Shown here: piece by piece, positions 35,543 to 47,779 of the stretch
How the letters are laid out: every line of letters begins with the position of its first letter
Position numbering within the stretch: position 1 is the stretch's first letter
DNA from: Paecilomyces variotii
Taxonomy: Eukaryota
Reading direction: 5' to 3' (one strand)
Length of the DNA stretch: 64,000 nt
Assembly (NCBI GenBank): GCA_004022145.1
Contig: RCNU01000010.1
The notes under the pieces: generated by a model
Seen by the model: only the letters and a program-made list of their open reading frames with translations
What the model was told of the DNA's origin: nothing
Databases searched by the model: none
Made by a program: the position numbers and the translations under genes

Positions 35543-36817
35543 TTAAGCCCTCGACATAACACCCCAAGCACGGATCTTGTTGTCGGTGTAACCGGCGAAC
35601 AGGGTCTGGCCGTCCGCAGACCAGGCCAGGGAGATACACTCGGGCTCGCGGCTCTTCTTGCCCTTCTCGACGTACTCGGGTCGGAGCTCGTCAACCTTGC
35701 TCTTCTTCTCGAGGTCGAAGATGGTGATGCTGCTGCTGGTGGCAGCGCACAGCCAGTAGCGGTTGGGGGAGAAAACGAGGGCGTGGATCTCGTCACCGGC
35801 CTGGAGAGAGTAGAGGTGCTTGGACTCGTTAAGGTCCCACAGCATGGTGGTACCGTCCTTACCACCGGAAGCGCAAAGGGATCCATCGGGAGAGATGGTG
35901 ACGGTGTTGATGTAGCCAGTGTGGCCGATGTGGTCGGTCTGGAGACGGCAAGAAGCGAGCTCCCAAACCTAGAAGTTCATGTCAGCTCAATGGATTCCGT
36001 GACTTCTCTGCAAATAGAACCAAGCAAGATATATATCTTGTCCATCAGGGCATATGGTGATTGTTTGTCTCATGGCCCCTTTCGGGGCTCTGAAGTAGCA
36101 AATACGTAGAATGCAAAACATCATCTGGTATAAATTCCTCCCCGCGCACATGTAAAGTAAAATAAATCGTACCTTGACGAGCTTGTCCCAACCAGCGGAC
36201 ACGATGACCGGGTTCTGGGGGTTGGGGCTGAAGCGGACGCAGGAAACCCACTCGGAGTGGCCCTTGTCGGTGATGGTGAACTTGCAGTCACCCAGGGTGT
36301 TCCAGAGCTTGATCGTTCGGTCACGGGAACCAGAGACGATTTGACGGTTGTCAGCGGAGAAGGAAACGGAGAGGACATCGTTGGTGTGGCCGACGAAGGT
36401 GCGGGTGGTGTTTCCGGTGGAGAGCTCCCACAGACGCAGAGTCTTGTCCCACGAAGCGGACAGAGCGTAGGCACCGTCAGAGGAGATGACCTGGTACGGT
36501 CAGCCAAATATCCTTCCAATTCCGTCCAAAAACTCTTGTTCGAAACATACACAGTCGGAGACGATGTGGGAGTGACCCTGCAGGCTGCGCTTGGGGTAGC
36601 CGTAGGCCTGCTCATCGCGGGTGAGGTTCCAGATGATCAGGGTCTTGTCGCGAGAAGCGGAGAGCAGCATGTTGGGGCTATCACAGCAGTCAGAATCCCA
36701 TTTCTTCGCTTCTTGCGACGGTCGTATATATCCTTACTTCTCGAGCGAGGTCGCCAGGCTGGTAACCCAGCCATTGTGGCCCTCGAGGGTTCCGCGGTGG
36801 ATCAGCTGCTCAGCCAT
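35543..36817 (-). CDS. cpcB: RACK1/Asc1/Cpc2 G-beta-like WD40 ribosomal protein
   Basis: Exons 36817-36738, 36677-36551, 36490-36173, 35968-35543. Starts [24 protein letters not shown]; contains [12 protein letters not shown] and [14 protein letters not shown]. Confidence 0.97.
36042..36128 (-). ncRNA. snR24: Box C/D snoRNA U24 (snR24) in cpcB intron 3
   Basis: Minus strand: CCAG-AUGAUGU (box C)...UAUUUGCUACUU-CAGA (D')-GCCCCGAAAGGGGC hairpin-AUGAGA (C')...AUCACCAUAUGCC-CUGA (D)-UGG. U24 in the ASC1/cpcB intron is established. Confidence 0.92.
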
Positions 36818-37037
36818 GATCGGAGTCAAGAGATGAAGAAGGAACCTCGAGACGGATGAGGAGGATTAACGGGCGGAGCAATGTCTTTGACTCTGGGGCT
36901 GGGATAAATTCGACGACGGCAGCGAAGAGTAGCAAGTACTACTAAGGTATCCGGGTAAGCCCTAAGCGCACTTTGCGCCGTGTGTGCGGGTTCGTGCCCT
37001 AACCTTTGCCTAAGCGAGCGGTTCGGCAAGCCGGTGC

Positions 37038-37086
37038 CACGTGATGGCTGACTCAGCCGTCAGGAACCGGGGTCTGTTTGACGTCA
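37038..37086. promoter_or_regulatory. Motif cluster upstream of cpcB: CACGTG, Gcn4/CpcA site TGACTCA, CRE TGACGTCA
   Basis: CACGTG 37038-43, TGACTCA 37049-55, TGACGTCA 37079-86; GCCCTAA copies near 36959 and 36996. Confidence 0.5.
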
Positions 37087-37671
37087 CGCTAGCCCGTTGC
37101 GGAAGTGGCGTTGGACTTCCAATCGTTCATACATACCTAACCTACCTAGGTACAAGTCCTTTGTTAATTATTTATAGGGATTACTGGTTATCTCAGCAGA
37201 TTTAAATGTGGAAGATCATTAAGGAAATTCCCTCCGGGCTGCTGCCATACCCTCAGTTCATCGAGGATTCTGCGATATGGAAGTGTATCACATGAACTAA
37301 CTGCCTGATGAAGCACGCACTTTCCTCTTCAGGAGAAACCACAGAAGCAGCAACGAATGGTTCTTGACTCATGGTCTCAGTTCAACATTCGAAATGGTCC
37401 CCCTTCAAAGACTACTATCATTCTAAGTCATCACTATATCATAACAGTCTCGTTTCGTCCATGCTGCCTTCTACGCTCGTTCGCTGACAGCATGTCTCAA
37501 GTCACTTGAGATAGACACACTTTCTCTGCAACGGTTCCCTAAACAATCTCATAGTCGCAACTAGAGAGTACCGATACACAATCGGATGTCTACTTTGCAG
37601 CATCATGACTGGATTTGGATCTCATTTGGCGATAACATCACTTTTGCGGACATGCGTGAGGTCTCGAAAAG

Positions 37672-38883
37672 ATGGGATTGTTTCAAAGAAGTCCCCCGAC
37701 GGAGAGACGTAGCCCACTGACATGGAATGCTTTCCGAGAAAAGTTCAATCCTGAATCAGTAGGGAAACGGCGCGCATGTTTGAATAGCACCTTGTTGATA
37801 CTAGCAGTCGTGTCGACGATTTCAGTAGTGTTCCTGGCGTAAGTGGCCTTTGGCAGCAGACTCCTATTCCCATTGACACTGCATAGGATATGGGTCTACC
37901 TTGTAACTGTATTGGTATCTCGACTGAGACCAATCGGCCCTCGCAACGGTCTTTCAGAGATTATCGAGAACTGGGAAGGTCCGCAGAGTGTTGTTGGGAC
38001 CCTCTATTCTTGGCCCGACAATTTCAGTCGCGACATCAACCCTATCCCTTGTCACTCCCATAATGATTATTGGAGGCGGGTTCCACTTTTTGATGCATTA
38101 TACGCTGGTTGTATAAGCGTCGAAGCTGATATTTGGCTGGATGGGACAGCAGAAGATATACTCGTTGGGCATACGGTGGTGTCACTGAGATCAGACTGGA
38201 CCTTACAGACTCTCTACTTACACCCGTTGATGATCATTCTTGCAAAACAAAACATGCAGTCGCAAACAGATACGAATCGTCCTCTATACAATTCTGCTAT
38301 TGGGGTCTTCGATAGCAGCCCTGACACCTCGTTGATACTACTCCTCGACATGAAGAGCAACGGCGCTGCCATGTGGTCATTGCTTCAGCAACAACTCGAA
38401 CATTTTCGTCAAAAAGATTGGCTATCTTACTGGGATTGCCGCAATCGAAGATTTGTATCACGGCCTCTCACAGTGGTGGTCACAGGTAATGCACCCTTTG
38501 AGATGGTGGAGGCCAATTCAACACATCGTGACATATTCTATGATGCACCACTGGATGACATTCAGAATCCGAGATATACTGTCGAAAACTCCTACTATGC
38601 AAGCACTTCCATGCAGGCCTCGGTGGGTTGGCCACCGGCTGGTCGGTTCACTCCACGGCAAATTAAATCCATTAAAAAGCAAATCAGCATTGCTACGGAA
38701 AAAAGGCTGAAAGCTAGATACTGGAATACTCCTAACTGGCCAATTTCTGTGAGAAATAGTGTATGGAGTTTCTTGATCCGAAGCGGTGTCGGCGTTCTGA
38801 ACGTAGATGACTTGTTTGAAGTGAGTCATTGGAACTGGGACTGGTGTATTGTAGCTGGATTAATCCTATGTGGTTGGCCATGA
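37672..38883 (+). CDS. Aim6-like PLC-type phosphodiesterase-fold protein, membrane anchored
   Basis: Proposed exon 1 37672-37838 (ends in TM segment TLLILAVVSTISVVFLA), intron 37839-37886. Motifs PIPCHSHNDYWR..PLFDAL..GCISVEADIW, LLLDMK and ARYWNTP. Confidence 0.82.
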
Positions 38884-39643
38884 AATCAGATATTCTTAGT
38901 ACCGCCTAAAAGTCCACATATTACCAGACATCGTCTAACCTTATGTATTGCCTGGGAAACTTCCATGCTTCCATAGATAGGTAGAGATACCTACCCGAAA
39001 CATCCAAAAACTCCCAAAACGTAAAGCCAGCCCACACCTTGAGTCGAACAATGAATCTTCTCATAAAACTCTTAAGAGTGATATTCTCTAGCTACTAACC
39101 ATATATACTTTTGTATAGTAAGCTTATGTATGATTTTGGTCTCTAAACATGAGGTCCGGGAGGTAAGATGTGATCACGTGATTGGTAGTATACGAGTACT
39201 GCAAATCAGATATCGCACCCTGTAACGCGAGCTAGGGGAATTATCGATCGCCATAATAGAATCTTGCTTTTTGCTAGGAGACTTGAAATACATAATGCGA
39301 AGAAATACATCTTATATGGGTTGAAAGGATAGAAAATATCAAGTGTAAGTTGTGGAGAGGCTTCCGCAACGGGAGGCACTGGAGAAGGAACCGAGAACCA
39401 GATACTATGAAAACAGTTCCCTCGGTACGGACAGATGGAGTAATTATCTAATTCCCACTATAAATCTGTTGAAGGCATATATCCAGTAGCAGAATACATC
39501 GCATTATAAAAATAATAGATCTACTGTACATATATGGATGGGACGGCTTAAGAATACCACGGCCCATCTCAAACCCTAGCATACATCACTGCCGTATGTA
39601 TACGAACTTCTATAAGTTCAGAGAAAAGGTAGATGTCAAGAAC

Positions 39644-40604
39644 TTAGCGTCCGAAGACCTGAACATTGGGCATACGTCCAAGACCGCCTCCAGTCTTCTT
39701 GTCCTTTGCAGCATGGAAGCCAGCGGCGCTCTTGTCGCGCACATGCTCTCTCAGCTCTTTCAAAATCCAGGAATCAGCCCATCGAGATGGAACGGGTCGA
39801 TAAGCGGGCTTGAAAGCGCCAACGGTCTGCGCCCATTCGCCTGACTTTGCAGCACCTTCTTTCCAGTTCTCTGTGGGAACGTCCTGGGGCTCTTTCGACG
39901 GCGACGCGGCAGCAGCAGCGGCTTCAGGGCTCTCCGGGTCCTGAGTCGCCCAATAGTAAATATCCCAGTCGTTTTCGTCCAAGAAGCGGTCGTATTCCTG
40001 CATCTGCTCGGGCGTCATGTTGCCCAGACGAGCGTCCGCAAAGGTGGACAGGAGAAGATCGGTCTCGAGGATACCGCGCTTGCGGCTCTGGTCTTGAAAT
40101 TATTATGTCTTGTCAGCAGCTGTTCTTCTAGCCATCGTCGACGATGGATTCTCATTCGGACATACACAACAAACGCGCCCTCATCGTGGAGGGATCCTCT
40201 CCCTCGCGCCGAAGCGGTTCAACCTTGAATGTCACGCCTTCGATCTCACCAACACCCAATTCTGGCTTCCGGGTTCCAGGCTGCTGTCTCCCGCCAGTGA
40301 AGTGTTCAATTTTGCCCGGATACGGATCCGCCGGTTTGTAATTGGGGTCAACCGACTTAAGAAGTTCGGGCGGAGCGTTCTTTTCTCCGACTTTGGGAAA
40401 GTCATTGGTCTGCGTAGAAGTGGTGTTCGTCACATGCGGATTCAGCGGCTTCTTCGTCTGATGTTCTCTGTGCTCTGGGGTAGTAGGGTGAGCGCGTTCA
40501 TTGAGATCTTTGGATCGAATGGCCGTTGTACCGAAAGATCGGGTAAGAGGAGATGCGGAAAAGGCGGATGGCCGCACAAAGCGGATGAGTCTGGAGGCAG
40601 ACAT
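39644..40604 (-). CDS. sdh5: Succinate dehydrogenase assembly/flavinylation factor SDHAF2
   Basis: Exons 40604-40166 and 40092-39644; [24 protein letters not shown] and [17 protein letters not shown]. Confidence 0.93.
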
Positions 40605-41030
40605 TGTTATTTGATTTTTGTGTTATTGGACCCCAGCCAGAAAAAAGAAAAAAACTAGACTGGAAAATAGTTGTTTCTGGAAATGGATTGATTCCAGTCG
40701 GAGGGTCTGGGGTAATGAGGTAGCTTTGCAAAATAATTACTAAACTCCGGCGGTTTAGAGGCGGACACTTTGACATCATACGGACTTCGCCAGTTTGCTC
40801 TGTTTGCACCCGCAGTTTCGGAGGTCATCAAAGGACTCGAGATTACTAGACTACAATAAATGTGAATACAACAGAGTAAGTTCAATTGAACCCCAGGTCT
40901 GTCATAGGAGCTGGCTTTTCAAATTTCTACCTAGGTAGTTACTTGTCAATATTATCTATATTTTAAGGCTGAAATGCCAAATTGAAATGAGCAACTATGC
41001 AACTATATATTTCTAAACCGATGTCATTCG

Positions 41031-43004
41031 TTATCTGATCACGACATCCACCACTGCGGATATCTTCCTGTCAAGGACTACACTGACTGCTTCCTTCAGT
41101 ACCTCTTCCAAGTCTGCCACTCGCTCGACCTTCTTTGTCCACAGGTTCCCGTTGGCAGCCGCTTTCGCAACTTGACCGTAGTCTGGACCATCTTGTTCGA
41201 GGGAGATACCTAAGTCTGCATTCGAGACTCCAGTAGCCAAGCCCTGTGGATGGACATCTGTGATACACTGACGCGTCGCGCGCCAGCCTCCATTGTTCAA
41301 TATCACAGTTAAGAAAGGACACCCATAACGGTAGCTGGCCCAGTAGACAGCTGTTGGTACAGAAAAGACGAAGCTGCCATCCCCAGTAATCATGCAGACG
41401 AATGGACTCGTCCCAACATCACCGTCTGTCTTGCGACGAATGTTCGGACGATCAGAGATGTCGTATAGCGCCGTCGCGAGTTTAACTCCGATTGCAGCAC
41501 CTCCAGCCCAGCCCAGACCGCTGCCGCCCTTTGTAAGGTGTGAACCCGGGCGAGTGAGTTGAAGCTGTTCAGTCATGGGGACTTGGTTCGTCACTGAATC
41601 CGTGACGAATATTGTATCTTCAGGAACGGTCGAACGAATTTTGCTGCAGAGGAAGTCGATATTGCAGGGATGCTCCGGGGTATCTAGTAACTTTGCTGCT
41701 CGAGCATCAATGGTTTCTTTGCCTTGAGCATGAGAGTACTTCAGCTCTTCCCAGCGTCTGTCAAGAGTCTCTTTCAATGATGCGAGCTTCTCAGATTTCG
41801 ATATATATTCATCAAGCTGTCCTAGAGCGGAAGCACAGTCTGCATGATACGTAGCAGATGCGCCAATGTCAAAAAGGTTCATTCGTTCTTTCCTGGGGTC
41901 AAGGTCGATATGAATGATTCTCGCAGATTGAGACGGTCGGACCCTGAAGGGGATCCAGGGGACATCTGCATCGAGAACGAGGATGACATCCGCAGTCTGA
42001 ACTGCTTTAGCAGCACCGGTCCCACGAGTCACATAAGCAGGATGGTCTGCAGGAAAACACACTTCACGCAGTTCCGAGTCGAAGACTCTGATACCCTTAA
42101 GCAAATCAGCTAGACGGACCAGGTTCTTCACGGCTTGGTGATTCCGTCCAAGGTAACCGGTGATAACAAGAGGTGCTGTGCTCTGCAGCAAAGCATCACC
42201 AATCAGTTCCACTGCATCTCCTGGTAATGCTCCTAATGTGCAGGAAGGCAAAGGAGTCCGGCGAGAGTCAAGAGACTCGATGGGCTCAGCCAGAACCTCA
42301 CGAGTTGCTGTTAGGTACACCGGTCCTGGAGAACCAGTTGTAGCCATAAGTAAGGCCCGGTGGACTACGGTCTGAACATGCTTAGCGGATTTGATCTCTG
42401 CACTGTAGCGACTGTAGGGTGAAACGATGGCGGCTTGGTTGGGGATATCCTGGTACCATTGCACATGCTCTCTGATCGGGACCCAGGCGCCTCCCCGTTA
42501 AGAGTAGAAGGCGCTATTCCAGCAAAGATCAAAACAGGGGCACGTCCACTGGAAGCATTGTGTAACCCTTGCCCCAGTGCCGCGGTACCGACATCGACAT
42601 GGGCAACGACGCACGCCGGCCGATGAGTGATCCTGGCGTAACCATCAGCTGCAGACATTGCCGCAAACTAAGACCAAATTTTCCCTCATTAGTCGAGATG
42701 ATCATCATATTAGGCGACTGGGCACGATACCTCATGCTGGAACAATATCATCCGCGGAAATTCCCGCTTAAGCACATTCTGTCTTCTGACATATGCCTCA
42801 ATAATGCTGGGATGATCCGAGCCAAGAACAGTGAAGAGATAGTCGACTCCGCCCTGTAGTGGTGTTAGTCTCCTTTCTCGAGGAGGCACACAGACAGGTC
42901 TCTGCTTGAATTGCACCATAACGTACCTCCGCAAGAGCTTCAAGGAACGCATCGGCAACGACATAGGGACTACCCGTGCCTGACATGTCAGACAGAGTAG
43001 ACAT
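41031..43004 (-). pseudogene. Thiamine-diphosphate-dependent enzyme (acetolactate synthase / benzoylformate decarboxylase-like), frameshifted as given
   Basis: Exons 43004-42927, 42853-42731, then from 42667. Motifs LGSDHPSIIEA, QHE, AADGYAR, HVDVGT and GDGS...NNGGW. Frame shifts near 42470 (TCA GAG AG CAT GTG). Could be a sequencing error rather than a true pseudogene. Confidence 0.75.
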
Positions 43005-44799
43005 CTCAATTAGACAGACTGGGCTTGGCGTGTAGATAGGCAAATTTCTGCTCCATAGAACAGAGACAAAGAACGCGCAGAAAGCTCGAAACAAAACAGG
43101 TGTTCGAAAGATGATATATCTACCAACATCTAGCAGATTAGTATTTGACTAGTACTCTGAATTGCCTACTCAGATAGCCCAGCTGACTATCTAGAATGAG
43201 AAAGTCTCGGATACCCTCTGAAGAGATCGGATAAACGGCAATATGTCTCATTCAAAGAGAATTTTCACGTTCTCGATGCCTGGCCACATCCCTTCCGGAG
43301 CATGCGCTCGTCTGCAATTCCAAAATCCCATGATGAGCCCCTCACTCCTGCAGATGGAATCAGGCCCGCTATTGAGACCATCGTTATTATTCTCGCCTAG
43401 TGCGCTTCAGATCGAGTAAAGGCCCGTGTTCTGATGCCACATGGTATAGTTAAGGCCGATGCATATGTCCAATCGAAGCAGCAATGGGACCGAACCTGCA
43501 AACGTTCTCGTGTAACCCCACACGGAATCTAGAGACGCATAGAAATAGGTATAAGCATTTAGTCTGGATGCCTTAACATCAGACGCACGCCACGTTTCGA
43601 GATACTGATGGGAGAACAATGTGTGTGCAGCATGAAAGACAACGCGTTCCTGTGATTGGATATCATCTTGTTTCAGCTCACAGAAGAGATTGGACAGAGA
43701 GTACAGACTGGCTGAAACTATACACCCATACGATCTACTATTCACGAGGGGGCCAATGATAAACTCTATGAAATGTATTGTATGTACATCAGCCCCCATC
43801 ATTAGGCAATCCGGGCTATTCCTTAGATGCAGACATTGCCTACTTCTAATACAGGACGGAATACTACTTCCCGCCATTTCTGTAACTGGAAAAAGTCGGA
43901 TGAGACTGCTTTTTAGATGCATAATTCGGCACCACCCGCGGGGTTAACTTAAGCATCAAAGTAACGGTGGGATGGCTGGTTGTTCCGTTCCTAGCAGGGA
44001 TCACAAACAGCCGCCGTATCCTCTGGCTGTAACGCCTTGTAACAATAAATACAAACTAGTATGCAACATGTATTGTCTAACAAAGATATTGTTCGGAAGG
44101 TCTAGACCACTACCCACTAATTACTCCGTCCTGTGAATTTCCTTATTTTCATCACGATCAGAGAGCACGACACCTATTTATGTGGAGAGTCTGGAGGATA
44201 TCACAATTTGCCTCCACAGATAGATGAGTGGACCTAATCCTGAGTTCTGATCATAATTCTCGTGGAGGCATGATGGGGCATCACATTAGGAGACGAAAAT
44301 CCCGTGGGGATCTGACGAAGTTTATTCTTCGGCCCGGATCACATATAACGCTAACTAGATAGATATGATTCGCCCTTGAGGATTATCATAATCTGCGATA
44401 AAAGGACCAATTGCCGGTAGCTATTGGTGTATTCTAGTATAGGCTATGATTGTGCACGGCGAACATGATATGTAAATAGCTCGGAAGGACTTTCACAAAC
44501 CCAGAATTATCGGTACTCTTGTGAGCATCTAGGAGATTCCAGGAAAAGCCATTGTATTGTACGGGTCATACTATACCATATACGCTGACTCTTATGTCTA
44601 ATGAAACACACATCCATCTTTTATATCTCACTCTGGGTGGTCATTTAGGTGTTGTAGCACTGAAAGTAAAGACGAACGATGTGTACCCTATATACAGTAT
44701 TGTCTTAGGTAGCCAATGTTTAGTGCCGTAGAGAAAAGACACGTTGCCGTGCTATAGACTTGTACCACTCTCCGTAACTGCAACCTGTTGGCACATCTC

Positions 44800-46080
44800 T
44801 TAGACGGAGGACTTTTCGTTGCCCCTCGGCGGGAAAGGAACATAGTCTGTTTTCAACGAAATATCCGTCTTCATAATGATCTGATTGTGAGCAATTGGCT
44901 CCTGACTGCCCGTGCTGCCATTGTCGTTGTCGACATTCGTCCAAGCATTGTTAGCAGTATCGTTCCATGCGTCAGAACCTCCAGCACCGACCTGAGTTCT
45001 GTTCCTGGATTCCAGTTTGCTGAGTCCGTAGGTAGGTCTGCTGCGGGTTCTGCGACTGGTAGTAAATGAGGAGAATAAACGAGGGAATGCCTGTTTGATA
45101 GGGTGTTTGAGGAAAGGAAGACAGGCGCAGATGATTCCAGTACTGGCTTCAATAGCGCTCCAGGTCAAGGCATCAAAGGATCCCCACGTGGGATCATGCG
45201 TCGTGGTGCTTTGCTCCATGGCTTGCATGCGGATGATACTGGTTACGCAAACGAAAAGACCAAGACTGAACACAATCATGACGCCAATCTTGCGGATAGT
45301 ATCCAGCTGCAATCTCGCTAGCAGAGGCATAGGCATCAAACAGATCCAAATATCCATCGCTGTGTTATAGCCAGCCCAGCTCCAGCGGAAGATAGTATTG
45401 TTGACACAGGATTTGTGCATGTGTTTGTTCCAATTGGATTCGATCGGAATGCACTGGAATATTGTCGCGACAATGAAGCTGAAGGTGCCCGAGATGACGA
45501 TGGCCATAGTGACGAAGCATACGATGCGAAATTTCCTGCTGGGAAAGATCCTCAAGTAGAAAGTAAGGAAAGAAACCTTTGTGAGGCAAAGGACGGCCTT
45601 GTAGAAGAGTTGGAAGAGCCAGAAGTACTGAACATACCACTAGTCAATCGATGTTCCAGCAAGACGGGTTGGATTGTTCTCACCTTTAACCCAAGAACTA
45701 GGCTACCGCCGGATCGCAGAACATCTGCTTTATGCCGACCAAATGAATAATGAACCGCTTAAGGAAAAGACTTAGTTTTTGGGCCAATTCGTTGGATATA
45801 GAGTCGAACCTACCCATATCTCCCACAACCGTATTGATAATTTGAACAACCTCGAAAATGCAATTAGTCGATAATGACAATTGAGCAGAAAATGATCTCC
45901 ACACACCATTGAAGCAGCTATTATTATATCGTCTGCTGCAATCCTTGTTGATCTCATCCATGCCCATGAAAGCCTGTATATCACTAGGAGGGCAGCAATG
46001 GAAGTCAATATGGAAGTCGAAACTGTGAAAATAGGGCCCTTGTTGGGCACAGAAATCGGTCCTTTTCCCTGCGTATCCAT
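44800..46080 (-). CDS. PTH11-like (CFEM-less, fungal rhodopsin domain) integral membrane protein
   Basis: Four exons: 46080-45907, 45850-45814, 45757-45684, 45627-44800. Motifs ADD, FGRH, K.SFL.FYLRIF, FQCIPI..NW, D....MP.P and IEASTGIICACLP. Confidence 0.88.
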
Positions 46081-47779
46081 TCTGTCGAGGCCCGTAAATG
46101 ATCAATGATTCATAAGTAAATCCCTTCTTGACTCTTGACAGAGCTGGTTGCAAGAGCCTATGCGTACTGAGCAGGCACGAGAAGCTCATATGCAGAGTGC
46201 TTCCATACTACTGGTACACTGAAGATCGCGTGTAAGACTACCAAAAAGTATAGAACATGAACAATATGTCTCTATCTCTGAGGATAACCCCTATTTTGAG
46301 ACTCAACTTCTACTACCCTCCACTATCGGAGAAGGAGGGATGCAGGCAATAGCATGGTAACCATGTGTACAGAGGATCTAACCTGCTGGTTCATAATAAC
46401 GGCATATCGTGGCATGGCACATGATCACGAATGAGGTCTCTGGGGCGATGCTTGCCGTCAGTTACGGATCGTCAGAGGTTTAGAGATGCCACATTATGCC
46501 TGTCAATGGCACCTATCTGAAGAGACCAGCAGCTAATCTTGACATGGAATAGACTCCTCATTGCTAGATCCTAGCCAGAAAGAAAATTTCGTTTTCACTA
46601 GAACCTTTCCGACAGATGATGTTGCAGTTCCTTGAAGAAGGAATCCGTCCAGGGATTCCGGACACCGAGAGGATCAGGGGTCACCACATCCAAGATTGCC
46701 AACTGTGTTGAAAGAGCCAACAAATCTTGTGAAGTTCGACATAAGGGCGTGATGAGCACGCTAATTTACTATCGACTTTTCGCCCTAACCTGATAGCTAT
46801 CCTTCCATTATTCCATTATAGGACTCAAGACGTCTAGAACTAAGGCTGTAGATCGCCAACAGGAGCAATGCAACTATGTGACGATCTTCAGAGGTTGCCA
46901 TCTACTCCTACCATAGACAGGGCAGATGTGGTAGCAACTCTGGCTTGTTAATATCATTCGACAACAACCTGCTGTGCTCGAATCATCTCCGGTTGAGCCT
47001 GATATATGCCCCTGTTCATGATCATTATTTGCGGGTGACCTTCCCGCGTTGCTACATTCAGACGTTTCCCATCTCACGAAAGAAAGAGAATATTTCCATC
47101 ATTTTAATATCTCCGAGTTTCCAATACCCACGTCGATCAATGATCAGACATCGATTAGCGCGGACACCACGGGCGACCCCAAGTACCGAAGCCTAGAATG
47201 ATGTGATAGCAAGGTGAGAATGCTTGTATACATGAGCTCGCAGATCACAAGCGGGAAGCCAACTGCGCATACTTAATACTTCCTGGAAAATGCCCTTCAT
47301 ACCTGCTAATTACTAGCAATACAACACCACTAAAACGAACACTAGCGTGGAGTGCGCGCGCGTCGATCATTTCTATAACGTGACAAGGGTCCGGTGCGGA
47401 TCCCGATTCCCCAGTCATTCGGAGACAAAAAAAATAGAGTAGCATCGGCTAATCATAGGTGTGAACTTTAAAGCCTCGTCCCTGCATAAGACCCTAACTG
47501 TTATTGGCTTCATTAGCGCAGCTCTCTAATGGACCTGCGCATTGTCCGATTATGGTAGTCTTGCATGCGGATGGTTCCATGTAGTAGCACTGGGGTGTAG
47601 TTTGGATGAAATCAACTAGATGATAGTGGTTTCAGTGTGAACTAACTTCGCGGGAGACTCTGAATGGTAGCAATAGGACCATGGCAGTTAATGTGATAAT
47701 TGATTACTTCGCGAGATGTTACATTTTGCTGTAACTACTAGATGTCATACCTAGGTCCAACATTCCGTACCTATGGGCT

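Noticed and set aside
43407-43922. 171-aa minus-strand ORF inside the ThDP/PTH11 island
   Set aside because: No recognisable motif, composition looks non-coding and there is no supporting splice structure; probably a chance ORF.
45851-45906. GAG 3' splice site in intron 1 of the PTH11-like gene
   Set aside because: Uncommon but tolerated; the frame is preserved and a branch point is present, so it is not evidence of decay.
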